A stretch of DNA of 63,631 nucleotides, the filler included, from Licmophora abbreviata (taxonomy: Eukaryota), in NCBI GenBank assembly GCA_900291995.1. It is 5 parts of 5 records of this genome, joined end to end, with 100 filler letters (N's around TTAATTAATTAA, not from the genome) between each part and the next. Parts side by side here need not be neighbours in the genome. Positions count along the whole stretch, not along the records: positions 1 to 28,215 come from OLMU01000802.1; 4 more parts are not named here. One strand, given 5' to 3'. A model generated the notes under the pieces. It did no database searches. It was not told where the DNA came from and worked only from the letters and a program-made list of their open reading frames with translations. Below, piece by piece: positions 11,829 through 23,176 of this stretch (its first letter is position 1; every line of letters begins with the position of its first letter). The position numbers and the translations under genes are program-made.

Positions 11829-12181
11829 GGTCTCATCGCGTTCTGAGATCTGTGGTACCGACGCAAAACAATCATCATTCAGCCGCGTCAACTGCGCTGC
11901 GATGACGTACGGACGTCGAATAGCATACGAATACTCGATCGATCATACCAGTAGCTTCGGAGATAAATGTGCCGGCCATACGTCCCGTTCAAGCGGTATT
12001 GACTATGTATACGCGTTCGTGCTGCTGTTATGATACGGATCTACAATGTTGTGCGCACTGAAGCCCTCAGCTCGACAAAGCCTAGGAAGCAGTCATGGTG
12101 ACCCACCCTACTAGTAGCAGACACAGTGGTACCTTGCAATCGGTCACATTCACCCCGTCGAGTCGCTTATCTCCCATCCCC

Positions 12182-12984
12182 CTACTGTCCCACGGCACTT
12201 GTTGTCTTCTGTGCAGCCATTTCGCCTCCAATATTCTTCTTGTATCCTGCAATGAGCTTGCGAAGAGAATCAGATGAACGGTGGAGCTCTCCCGCTTCCA
12301 TCTCGACAGTCTTGGCCGTCTGTTCGACCAAACGAGACCACTTGGGCCACAAACGTTCTTCGTTATCGACTTCTCCCAGTTCCTTTTTCATCTTTTCCAG
12401 CTGCTGCTTCAACGTGAGCTTCGGAAGGGGTACGTTCTTCTTTTCGCGACGGATGCGAAACTCCTCGCGCGTGGCAAGGAGGGCTGACTCGAGTGCCTTG
12501 GTCTTCTCGCCCATCTCCGACTCCAGGAGAGCAAGCTTCTCCTTCTTGACAAGCAGTTCCGTATGCTGGAATTGAGTCTGAACGTGGAAGAAGAGATATC
12601 AGGCGAAACGTTAGCGGCCATTGGTGGAAATATCTTGACGGAGTGTCATTGGTCGCATCGAGTCACACATGCACTTCGGGCACTCACCTCGCGGCTCAGA
12701 CGATCGACCTCCTGCTGCAGAGCCGCCATCTCGCGCTGCGTGCCCTCCGAAGACGCCGAGCTCTGGAGCTGACGAAGCTTGGCTTGCATCGAGCGCACCG
12801 TCTTGGTCAACGCATCGCACTCGTCCTTGACAAGACGAAGACGCTCCACAGAAAGCTCTTTCTTGCGGTGCATGTCGTCACGCTCGCGACGAAAGGACGC
12901 AAGCGCGCCGTGGAGCTTATCCACAATCTCTTCACGGCCAGCGTTGTTGCTTTTCTCGATCGTGCTCATCGTCGTCGATATCAT
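12182..12984 (-). CDS. Hypothetical coiled-coil protein, 2 exons
   Basis: Donor GTGAGT at 12687 with in-frame acceptors at about 12578 or 12566; heptad-rich E/K/L/R sequence. Confidence 0.65.
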
Positions 12985-13319
12985 GGAGGTCGTCTTCTTG
13001 TGATGTGTGTCTGGTCTGCAAAAGTTCTTTTTCTTCTATTCCATCTCGTAGGTTTTGTACGACCTTCTACGTGATCGTGTCTTTTGGCGCGCAATCCATG
13101 TCGGTCTGTCCGTCCTGGCGACGGAGGCGGGTGCACATCGCGACGACTTAAGCTTGGAAGTGATGCGATCGCCACAGTCAACACCGGTGAAAAGGGCACC
13201 CCTATGGTGTGCACGGAGAGGATGAAACGAAACGATCAGATTAAAAGGATAGGCCAACGCTCTTTCTTACATGTCAAGTCACCTCACTTACATGACGAGG
13301 TGCTATCATACGGCAGCTA

Positions 13320-14742
13320 TCATTGCTGTTCACTTTCTTGCTCGTCTTTCTGTCCTCGTGTCTGAAGCGCATCAAGGCTGCGAAGCTCCAAGATAGCTAC
13401 AGGGCCACCGAGGAGTCCCTTGACACCCCAAACGAACGGATTTCGATTCTTTTCTGGTGCCAGCACGATGGCGGATACACCACTAGACCCCAGACTAGCC
13501 AGTAAGAGTACCAAAGCAGGTGCCTGCAGCGCCTGTTCCACGCCCCCAATGCTGTCTCGCACACCCAGTATGTCACTCAGAAAGGGGTCTGTCGCTCTAC
13601 CAAACGCAAAAGATACCAGCACTGCAGCCACGGTTGAATAGAGTTTCAAGGGACCTTCAATCGTGAGACTTTCAAATGGATCTTTCACGAACTCGCCCGC
13701 CTTGGCCTTGCGTGCCCACTCAATCGCCTTGCCGCGTTTCCGTCCTTCCTCGTCCAGCCTTTCCGCTGTCCAGTCCGGAGTCATCTGTGGTCCCGTATTT
13801 CGCTTGTCTGGGACAGAGAGCGACCACGAACAGGGTTAGATTCTCGTGACGGAGTCAACAAGCGTATGATTTTCGGGGCGGCGCACCTGCAAACGGCATG
13901 ACGTAGTCTTCCTCTTCTAATCGAGGTCTCAACGCTTCACCTGCCTGTCTTTTTCGATTGAATTCTTCCAATGCCTGCGCCATGGCGTCATCGTCAAGGA
14001 CCTGGCCCATTTTTAGACCAGAGTACCGGGCCTTGTCTGTCTCGCCCGTGCGATCAATAACTAGTTTTCGAGCGGATTTTGGCTTGATGCGATCGGGGAT
14101 CGGCGGAGGTTCCATGTCCATGAGTTGGTACATTTCGGATCGTCCTCCAGCTTCCATTATCGGTGTTACCAAGTGCTGTTAATTTATATCAGTGAGCGAG
14201 CGACACGATGAGGAGCAAATCCAAAGGATGCAGCTGGCACAAGCGAAACGAGCTCTCGTACTCCATGCGTGAGCAAAAATGCCGTGTTTACCCAAAGATA
14301 AACACGATGACTCACCCCATATCCATATTTTGCAAGCTGATCATAATCAAAGATGTTTGGTTCCTCTTCAATGACAATAGCCTTGTTAGGAGCACCACTG
14401 ACGTACTCTAGAATGGCGTTGTTCTTGGTGCCTCCTATAACCTTCCCGACCTCTCTGAAGGACCGAAAATCATTTTTGTTGGTCAAAACGTTCATTTACC
14501 ACACACGCGGCAATTTACAGGTGAATCACTCACAATTTAGCCTCGTCGTCTGCATTGACTTCTTTTCGTTTCAAAAGATATTCTTTCAGCTCAGCTTTTA
14601 GATCCAATTCGCCAGTATCCGACTCTGAGATCTGGCGAATAACTCTCAATCGACATGATACTTGTCTAGAAGGTATAACAAAGGCTGTTGATGGGGGGGA
14701 AGCAAAAAATAACAGCCAGAGGGCGGCGTATACGAATCTCAT
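13320..14742 (-). CDS. Uncharacterised plastid-targeted membrane protein, multi-exon
   Basis: Signal peptide ending STAF. Four consecutive minus-strand ORFs separated by GT-AG introns (IFDYDQLAKYGYG|HLVTPIMEAGG). C-terminal TM helices. Confidence 0.7.
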
Positions 14743-14972
14743 GGTCACGAAGGGTTGTGGTGTCGGCGTTTTGATGGCTCATAATGAAGGATCAGCGCGC
14801 AAAGTATAATGGAAACCCGGATGTCAGCTGTGGTTCCAAGTACAATCCTACGCATATCGGTACTGCAGCATGAGTCAGTATTTCTTCTCCGGGACACATT
14901 CCCAATTCCAAACTTCTGCTTTCTATTTTACTCTTGTCACAACTTCAACCATTGATCGAACTTCGTAGCACC

Positions 14973-16569
14973 ATGAGGGTCACGACGGCTGTTCTCCTGG
15001 CCATGTGGCGTCTCTCCAGTGCCCTAAAATCAGCCGCATTGCAACACAGTCAACCAGCTGTTGAATTTTCTAGTAGAAGATTTTTGAGAAGACCGATCTC
15101 CGTCGAATGCCAAGTCAGCCGATCCAAAATCACCGAAGAACCCATCGATGTTTCTCCGGAAGGCGACGCGTGGTGGCAAAGCTATGAGCTTCCCAGTGCG
15201 AACGTGGCTGCTCAAACTCGGGCAGACTTCCCCATTCTAGCGCAGACCATAGGGGCTGATGATAAACCTCTCGTCTACTTGGATTCTGCAGCCACGTCCC
15301 AGAAACCCCAGGATGTCATGGACTCCCTCACGACCTACTACATGACTCAGAACTCGAATGTTCATCGCGGTGCCCACCTCCTGTCTCGCGAGGCGACTTC
15401 CGCGTTCGAAGAAGCGCGTGATTGTTTGACTCGTTTCATCAACGCGTACTCGCGGAATGAAATTGTCTTCACTTCGGGAGCTACCGAAGCCATCAATCTC
15501 GTTGCGAACAGCTACGGAAGACCGAATGTTCGAAAAGGAGACGAAATCGTATTGACAGAAATGGAGCACCATTCCAACATTGTTCCGTGGCAAATGTTAG
15601 CGAAAGAGACAGGGGCGACTATTCGTTTTGTTAAAATCGACAAAGATACAGGCATGCTAGATCAACAACAGTTTGCTTCACTTCTCAATGAAAACACAAA
15701 GATGGTGGCTTTTCAGCACGTGTCGAATGTCATGGCGTGTGTGAATCCGGTTCAAGATATGGTGAAAGTAGTGCGAGAAAATGCCCCTAATGCGAAGATA
15801 CTGCTGGATGCATGCCAGTCGGTTGGAAAGATGGCAGTCGACGTTCAAACGCTCGGAGTGGACTTTTTGGCTGGTTCCGGACACAAGATGTGCGGTCCGA
15901 CAGGGATTGGGTTCCTTTGGGCGACCGAAGCTCAACTCAACGATATGCCGCCATTCTTAGGGGGTGGAGAAATGATCGACGAAGTGACACTGGAGGGATC
16001 TACGTTTGCGATGGCACCAGCTCGATTTGAGGCGGGCACTCCGCAAATTGCGCAGGCCATTGGCCTCGGGGCGGCCGTGAAGTATCTGGAAAAGGTAGGG
16101 ATGGAACGCATCGAAGAATATGAGCACGAGTTGGGTGAATATTTGCACCGGAGATTATCGCAAGTCGACGGTGTGACCATTTTGGGGCCCACGTCGGACG
16201 ACAAACGTGCAGCACTTTGCTCTTTTGTTTGTGACGCCGTGCATCCAAGTGATTTGAGCACCTTTCTGGACATGGAAGGCGTTGCGATACGGGCTGGCCA
16301 TCATTGTTGCCAACCATTACACCGTTCATTGGGCTACTCGCACTCGGCACGCGCCAGTCTCTACTTTTACAATACCAAAGAGTAAGTCGAGCTTCGGTCT
16401 GAGGCGGCGCTGGATGATGCCAGGTACACTGACTATTTCTTACTCTTTCCTGTCTAGCGACGTGGACGCGTTCATTGTTCACTTAAGGAGCACATTGGAC
16501 TTCTTTGGAGGCGTTGGAACAGCAAGCGACGTGGCAAGTGACGACGATGACTTTGTACCGTTTGTATAG
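14973..16569 (+). CDS. sufS: Plastid SufS-type cysteine desulfurase (intron 16382-16457)
   Basis: YLDSAATSQKP, NVHRGAH, EHHSN, PLP-lysine SGHKMCGPTGIG, RFEAGTP, catalytic RAGHHCCQP, SARASLYFYNT. Confidence 0.95.
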
Positions 16570-16684
16570 AGCAAGCAGTATGACGCTACGCTCGACGACG
16601 ACCTCCATAGATTTGACAGGCGATTGATTTATTGAATGAATGATAAAGTACTGTATGTCATGTCGACCCGTTTCTTCACATTGT

Positions 16685-19024
16685 CTATAGAACGAGCTCC
16701 CACTCCAACGTACCATTCAGATTAGTGGCCTTGACTGTATTGCACTTCATGGTTGTCAGGGTTCCATTGAACACCATGCTGCGACCGGCCAGGGTGACGC
16801 TGGACGTACATGGTTCTATCGTGTTGACGTGAGATACGTTGAAGCGCTCTGATATACCATCGACTAGACTGACGTCGTATGCCACGAATCCGTCGAAGTT
16901 ACCTTCCTTGGCGTCCCATTGCCCGTACACGGCCAAGGGAATGAGAAGCACGCCTTGAGTTTCGACTATTCCGGCATTGTTATCTGAATAATCGAGCGGC
17001 AGGTAGCGGAAAGCTTTGAAGTCCCATAGCACATCGCTTGAAACCCATCGGGAATCACTGTTGTTGACACTCAGCCTATGCAACAATGAGGGAGTCGTCG
17101 GCTCATGCACGTCAAACAAGCTTATCTGGAGGCCAACGCGGACACCATTTGCGTCGGCGTCGACACCAACTGCAAGTATCAGTGTATTGTCCTGGTTGAT
17201 AGAATGCATATAGCTTGAAAATCCTGTGACGTTCAGTTCTCCGAGTATGATAGGGTGAGTTACGCTCGACAGATCCAGTGCATAGAAGGGGTCAGTTCGC
17301 TCGAAAGTTACAGCGTAGGCAACATTATCGAAGAAACGAAGAGCTGTAAACAGCTCGCCGGGCCGACCCAAATCGGATATGCGACCTGTTTCTGTAAGCA
17401 TTCCGATGCTGTTGTCGCTGAATACCGGGATTTCAAGGATGATGATCTGATTTTGAGGCTCTCCAAAGGGCTGAATGAGCACGGCGGCGTCAAGTGAAAT
17501 AGAGAAGGGCCAGATGTTGCGGTAGGTCGAGGCAACTCGCACGTGGTTGTCATCGATATCGATCGAGTACTGATCAAGTACGTATCCCGGGATTACTCCA
17601 AGTGCCGCTGGGGTAGTCGAGGCGCTCAACACATTAAGACATACAAGGTATGTAGTCTCTGCCGTACCGTTGAGTTCAGGGATGTAGTCCCAGCCTTGTC
17701 CGACCAGAACAATCATTTCCGGAGTGGCATAAGAGTATCCCCAGTCACTTGGCATGAACGAACCGCTGGTTGACACCGTCACATTTTCGACGTTGATCGT
17801 ATCCATCATGTCGAAGGAGGTGACTTGAGAAATTTCCGTTACGATTCCTTCATGATAGATCGAACTCTCGAAGTTGCTATTATTTGAGACGTGAGTCTGC
17901 CAAAGGCCGATTTCATGCATCAGAAGCAAGTCGCCAGTGATGGAAAGATCGCGAATTAGTTCGTCTACGAACTGCGGAATGAGTTCGTCCGTTGCAAGCC
18001 TTCGCGCTGCATCATAGAATTCTTCGTCCGTCATGTTGTCGAATCTCGAATGCCATGGGTACAAATTATCATCAAAGTAGGCATGGTAGCTCAAAGATGA
18101 GCGCGTGACGACATGAGCATCACGTCCGATAGATCGAGCTTGTGCGAACTGCCCATTGACATGCGTTTCTTTCAGAAATGTCAGACCTCCTGACGAAGAA
18201 GTTTCGTACACTCGAATGGTCGTCGCGAGAAAGTTGGAGAGAGCGGGCATGCCCGAATAACCTGAGAGCTTCATTGCCGTGTTGCTGTATCCACCGGCAA
18301 TGATGACAAGACGATTCGAATACAAGAGCATAGACTTGATCGAGGGTCGAACTTCTGAAGGTGCTAACAATGACATCCTTCTGCTTCCCATGTTGTCTGG
18401 AAGTGTTTCATTTGCCACCCACTCGCCGGAGTATGCATTCCAAACTACCACAGTGTCGCCATAGGCAGCATAGACGAAGATTCCGTCTGACTTTACTCGA
18501 TCACCTTCGTCGACTCCATTTTCTTGGTTGTTTGTGGCATAACTGGTTGCTCCCTCTGCGGACGGTCCACCGGTACCCATGTCTGCCTCCATTGGAATAG
18601 GAGCAAAATTTGGAATCACTGGAGAACCTTGGACCACCTGGTTGACGTAAAACTTGCAAATTTCCCACAAATCAAGGCGTAGCTTAGTTTCATTCGTGTA
18701 AACGCCCCCTGAAGCGTTGCTGCCTGAGAATAGTAGCGGAAGAGTCACATTGAATAGAGGCCCTTGGTGAGAGTAAACCGATCGCTCCGTATTGACGTCG
18801 TCAGGAAACGACGCTTCACCGGCATTAGAGTCTGGGTATGTCGAAGGCCGCACTCTCATAGGTCGGCGGATTCTGTCGTTTGTTCGTGCTTCGCCACCGG
18901 CGCCTCCAGGTCCGAGGCGGCGGCCATCTTCCGCCGCTGTTGATTCTCCACGAAGCCTGGCGCCGCAAACAGCGACATGAATGAGGCACAATAGGGCACA
19001 GAGAGCTCCGTTTGACACAAACAT
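16685..19024 (-). CDS. Secreted beta-propeller domain protein (Beta_propel family, prokaryote-type), intronless
   Basis: Signal peptide from Met at 19024. Motifs TNNQENGVDEGDRVKSDG, GYVLDQYSID, AVTFERTDPFYALDLS, LGELNVTGFSSYMH, GLQISLFDV. Confidence 0.85.
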   Translation of the reverse strand: MFVSNGALCALLCLIHVAVCGARLRGESTAAEDGRRLGPGGAGGEARTNDRIRRPMRVRPSTYPDSNAGEASFPDDVNTERSVYSHQGPLFNVTLPLLFSGSNASGGVYTNETKLRLDLWEICKFYVNQVVQGSPVIPNFAPIPMEADMGTGGPSAEGATSYATNNQENGVDEGDRVKSDGIFVYAAYGDTVVVWNAYSGEWVANETLPDNMGSRRMSLLAPSEVRPSIKSMLLYSNRLVIIAGGYSNTAMKLSGYSGMPALSNFLATTIRVYETSSSGGLTFLKETHVNGQFAQARSIGRDAHVVTRSSLSYHAYFDDNLYPWHSRFDNMTDEEFYDAARRLATDELIPQFVDELIRDLSITGDLLLMHEIGLWQTHVSNNSNFESSIYHEGIVTEISQVTSFDMMDTINVENVTVSTSGSFMPSDWGYSYATPEMIVLVGQGWDYIPELNGTAETTYLVCLNVLSASTTPAALGVIPGYVLDQYSIDIDDNHVRVASTYRNIWPFSISLDAAVLIQPFGEPQNQIIILEIPVFSDNSIGMLTETGRISDLGRPGELFTALRFFDNVAYAVTFERTDPFYALDLSSVTHPIILGELNVTGFSSYMHSINQDNTLILAVGVDADANGVRVGLQISLFDVHEPTTPSLLHRLSVNNSDSRWVSSDVLWDFKAFRYLPLDYSDNNAGIVETQGVLLIPLAVYGQWDAKEGNFDGFVAYDVSLVDGISERFNVSHVNTIEPCTSSVTLAGRSMVFNGTLTTMKCNTVKATNLNGTLEWELVL

Positions 19025-19523
19025 GCTCTGCTTTACTCTTGTTAACTGTAAGATTGTTGATTGTGGCAAGGGTGTGTTTATCATTTGTGGGATCGCGACG
19101 AGAGCGCAGACACCACAAACGACTTCCGGCGAACGGAGGCATCTGGAATCACTCAATCAATCCACTCCTCAAGACTGTAGCTTGTTCGTATGTTTGCAGC
19201 CAATAGAAACCCGTTGGGACTAATATTGTGATTAATGGGTTCATGTCTTTTGGGATTGAATGACATTTCCGGGATTTGAGGCCACAACTTGGGCGTTGGG
19301 TCACCAATTGAGCTGAGGTCAGCCTACATTGAACATGCCAACTTCTACCGTAGGGGCCAGTTGTCTTCGAAGTATCTTTGAGTAATGCCTCCTGACACAT
19401 GAGGAACTGTCATGGTATGATTGCAGGAAGATATGGAGAAAACTCCTGACAAGATATATTGACACACCTTGGCCATCCATTATCGGAAGACGGCCAGAAG
19501 CTTGTCGATCGATTCATTTTGTC

Positions 19524-21317
19524 ATGTCGCGATGCGACGAGCGGTGTGGCACACCATATCAAGCTTCTAGTCTTTGCGCCATGACGGCCACGAGCAGAAG
19601 CTTTGCGGCATCCCATGTCGAGGATGAATCTTCCCATCGGTGGCTTGTTCGCTTTCAGAATGTGACCCACTTATTGGAACTCTCAGATCATGTTTCTGAC
19701 TCGATCAGCAGCCGCGAAGAAACAAACGAATACAAGCGTCGTCTTTCAGGCATCATTCTAGAGTTCATTTCCAGCAAGACTGGCTGGCCAGTATCCCGTC
19801 TCTTCTTGAAGAGTTTCCAGTTTCCGTTTGTCTCTGTTCATGTCACCTCGTCTCTGTTGGGTGGTAAGGGTGGCTTTGGAACGCTTCTGAAAGGCCAGTC
19901 GAAACAGGCCGGTGCCAAACGCACGACCGACTTTGGCGCCTGTCGTGACCTGCAGGGTCGGCGCCTGAGACATGTCAACGATGAAATCAAGCTGCGGAAG
20001 TGGAGGGAAATGCAACAGCAAAAGGAACGAGGTGGCGAAGTGGACGAGAGTGGCATGTGGAAGACTCCTTCGGGACTTTATAACTGGCATCTCATGGTAC
20101 CCAACTGGGCGAGCGATTCCTTGTCCAACAAGGCGACGCGCAAGATGCAACGACAGATGGAGCGCGAAGTAAATCGCTACAAGTCAGAAGAAGAGACACA
20201 GAAAATTTTGCGGCAGGAGCAAGAACGAGTGTATCAGCAAAGCGTGGTTCATTATGCGCAGGAAGGATTGCGGAGTTACAAGAGCGAAGACGACGTTAAG
20301 AGTGCAATTTTACAAGGTCTGCAGCACAAGAAGCAGAATCGAACGCACAAGAGGAAATTTGCGAGTCTGGAGGAGTCCAAGGATGTTGTTGGAAAGGAAG
20401 GGTCACACGAGCAGGCCCTAGTCACATTGTCAGGGGAGTGCGTTGTTGAACAGAAGGAGCGCGGTGTGCAGATTCAATGCAAGTCGGACTTTGGAACGAT
20501 GGCGTTGGTACTCGATCGCGATTTGTCATCCAATCAAGAGAAGGATTCTATCTACATGGAAGCGACACTTGTCACTGCCGGGCTTGCACAGGTCGGATGG
20601 GCAGACTTGAACGAATTCCGTCCCAACACGGAGACCGGCGATGGTGTTGGAGACGACCACGCCAGCTTTGCATACGATGGTGGTCGTCAGCTGTCTTTCC
20701 ATAATGGGTCGGAATTACCGTACGGGAGAAACGCAGCGGTGTGGAAGCCTGGCGATGTCATTGGAATACAGTACCGGCCCTCAACGGGTGAAGTATCATT
20801 TTCTCTAAATGGATCCGACCTTGGCATCACATTTACAACTACCCCCCGACGATTCCTAGTTCCGGCCATGAGCTGTAACGAACACGAAATATTGGAGCTA
20901 CACGTTCAGAGAGACACTATGCGGTATTTCCCAAAGGCATGTGTTGCAGTTGGCGATCTTTTGTTGGCAGCAACAGTCGATGGGCAAGCAACAGATCGCG
21001 ATGGCGAGGTGAACTCCGTTGCTTCGGCGGAGTCGGCCTTGGAGTCGTCTTCCACCGACGCCCGGTCAAACAAACGAAAGTCATCAGAGCCTGCCCCGTC
21101 CGGAGAGCCGATAATGGAACCTGTCGATCTGGACTCGTTCGTATCTGCGCAATCTTTGGAACAGCTTGGGATGGATCGACTGAAGGAGGCGCTCATGGTT
21201 CTCGGAGTCAAGTGTGGTGGGTCGCTGCAAGAACGCGCTGCTCGGTTGTTCTCACTGCAGGGGCTAGAGCGAAAGGACTATCCAGTAAAAGTTCGGGCCA
21301 AGCATTTCAAGCTATAG
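19524..21317 (+). CDS. SDE2: Sde2-like replication-stress/splicing regulator with internal SPRY domain
   Basis: LLGG-KGGFG cleavage motif, ACRDLQGRRLRHVN, SPRY motifs AQVGWA...GVGDDHASFAYDG...WKPGDVIG...FSLNG, and C-terminal LKEALMVLGVKCGGSLQERAARLF. Confidence 0.9.
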   Translation: MSRCDERCGTPYQASSLCAMTATSRSFAASHVEDESSHRWLVRFQNVTHLLELSDHVSDSISSREETNEYKRRLSGIILEFISSKTGWPVSRLFLKSFQFPFVSVHVTSSLLGGKGGFGTLLKGQSKQAGAKRTTDFGACRDLQGRRLRHVNDEIKLRKWREMQQQKERGGEVDESGMWKTPSGLYNWHLMVPNWASDSLSNKATRKMQRQMEREVNRYKSEEETQKILRQEQERVYQQSVVHYAQEGLRSYKSEDDVKSAILQGLQHKKQNRTHKRKFASLEESKDVVGKEGSHEQALVTLSGECVVEQKERGVQIQCKSDFGTMALVLDRDLSSNQEKDSIYMEATLVTAGLAQVGWADLNEFRPNTETGDGVGDDHASFAYDGGRQLSFHNGSELPYGRNAAVWKPGDVIGIQYRPSTGEVSFSLNGSDLGITFTTTPRRFLVPAMSCNEHEILELHVQRDTMRYFPKACVAVGDLLLAATVDGQATDRDGEVNSVASAESALESSSTDARSNKRKSSEPAPSGEPIMEPVDLDSFVSAQSLEQLGMDRLKEALMVLGVKCGGSLQERAARLFSLQGLERKDYPVKVRAKHFKL

Positions 21318-21329
21318 GAAGATGCATGC

Positions 21330-22820
21330 TCAGCCTTGCCGTACTATTCGCGCGACCGCCAAGGTTATGTCGTCGCGATACTTAACCAACCGATTGTTGC
21401 GAAGTATCCGTTTATGTTCCCAGCCATCAGATGCGTCCAAGAGTATACCCTCAATAGTTTCTATAGGACTGCTTGTATCCTCATGATAAAGACTCGCTGC
21501 GACTCGATCTGCGACCGCCATGGTTTCGACTGTGTCAAACAAACCATCCGACCCAGATGCAACAAACAACTCCAAATCTGGATCTTGCCAATAGTTCGTT
21601 AGTCTAAGCGTGGCGACTGTGGGATCCGACACCACACCCATGCTTTTGACAAGGTGGTCACCAATACTACGACTCACTGCAAGTGTATACGTAAGGGTCT
21701 CGTTTGTCTCCCCGTCAACGTACTCAGCGTAAACTCTTGGCAGCACCTTAGCACCTCCGGCCCTCTTCGGCGGCAGGTACAGGCTCCCACCCGATTTTAG
21801 GATCCTGTCCTTCTCCTCCTTGACATCCGGATGATGAGGCTTCGTCAGAAAGATTACCTTGGAAGAACGAGTTTTCTGGTTGTACGCAACGACCATTGTG
21901 CGACTATCGCCGACACTTGCCACATGCAGGTGGGCTCCAAGTCGGAGTGCAACATTTAATGTCGTGCCACTCAATGGTGAATATGGAGCGGTCTGATCAA
22001 TCTTTCGAAACACATCTCGCATAGCATCAAAAACAATTTTATGAAGCGGCTGCCCAGGCTCATCCGATGAGAAATGTCTCAAGCCTTGGGAGAAAAGCTC
22101 AGGAAGCTCCCGGACAACGTGCTGTGACATGTAATGTCCATCGCCCCCGTGTCCATCCATGAGACACAGAAGAAAGTCATTCGGACTAGCTAGTGCCGTC
22201 GGCGGAAAAGGCAAGTAGGGCGCGAGAACAAAAGCTCGATCCTGGTTTCCTTGCTCGTGATTCGTCCCGACTCCTCGGCGCGTCAATACTGCGTAGTCTT
22301 TGTTTTCACCCGACAAGTCGCGGACTTCCTTCAATCGAGGCTGGTTAGGATTCTCTGCCAAGAAAACATCCATATCAACAAGAGGAAAGTACTGGCGGCA
22401 TCGACTCTCGGTGTGGCGGTATTCGTAACATGACTCGGTATGTCGGAATGTGCGACTTCCTGTCGTCACGTTGACAAACTCGGTCGGCGCCAATAGATCC
22501 CCGGCTTCGTCATTGTCTATCGGTAGCTCAATATGCAGACCTGAGATAACTTTTGTCGGTTCCACCCGCTTTTGATTACGCCGGATATTCCGTTGTCGTT
22601 CTAGATAGAAGACTGTCAACAGAGCGGCAAGCCATAGAACACGTCGCATGTGCTCGGACATTAGGCTCTCAACCAGACATCGGACAGGATTGTTTCGCCG
22701 CTTGGACTTGGACGGATCTGCTTCAGTCAGTACCAGCGAATCAGCGTCCGACCGCAAGGATGGTGGGTCTTTGGACCTGGAACGATGTTTGACGGCGGTG
22801 TTGGACAGTGGCAGCATCAT
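21330..22820 (-). CDS. PP2C-family (PPM) phosphatase with N-terminal transmembrane segment
   Basis: NQDR, DGHG, SGTT, VGDSR, LAVSRSIGD, GSDGLFD, DDIT; TM segment VLWLAALLTVFYL. Confidence 0.9.
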   Translation of the reverse strand: MMLPLSNTAVKHRSRSKDPPSLRSDADSLVLTEADPSKSKRRNNPVRCLVESLMSEHMRRVLWLAALLTVFYLERQRNIRRNQKRVEPTKVISGLHIELPIDNDEAGDLLAPTEFVNVTTGSRTFRHTESCYEYRHTESRCRQYFPLVDMDVFLAENPNQPRLKEVRDLSGENKDYAVLTRRGVGTNHEQGNQDRAFVLAPYLPFPPTALASPNDFLLCLMDGHGGDGHYMSQHVVRELPELFSQGLRHFSSDEPGQPLHKIVFDAMRDVFRKIDQTAPYSPLSGTTLNVALRLGAHLHVASVGDSRTMVVAYNQKTRSSKVIFLTKPHHPDVKEEKDRILKSGGSLYLPPKRAGGAKVLPRVYAEYVDGETNETLTYTLAVSRSIGDHLVKSMGVVSDPTVATLRLTNYWQDPDLELFVASGSDGLFDTVETMAVADRVAASLYHEDTSSPIETIEGILLDASDGWEHKRILRNNRLVKYRDDITLAVARIVRQG

Positions 22821-23176
22821 GGCACAACAGAAGTCAACGCGGAAATTGTGAGCGTGGTTTCAAGAAGAAAGTGCAAGCAAAAATGACTCCTTGGGCCTTT
22901 TGAAATGCCGAAAAGTCTGGTCTCGTCCGTGCAACGTGGAAGTCGCTCGAGGCTCCTCGAGAACAAGCTAGAAACGCTATTCAAAGCGCCTAGATGAGCA
23001 TAATGTACGTAATGTATTTATAGCAAGTAGCTTCTCCTCACGTCGAAAGTTAGTTGATTGTGTGTGGTTGAAGCCGTGAGTTGACGAAAGATGCATGTCA
23101 TGAGCATCATCGCAATCGACTTGTTGACTCTCGACTCTCAGTTTGGACAACATTCAGTTCGTTTCGAGTCTTGATC

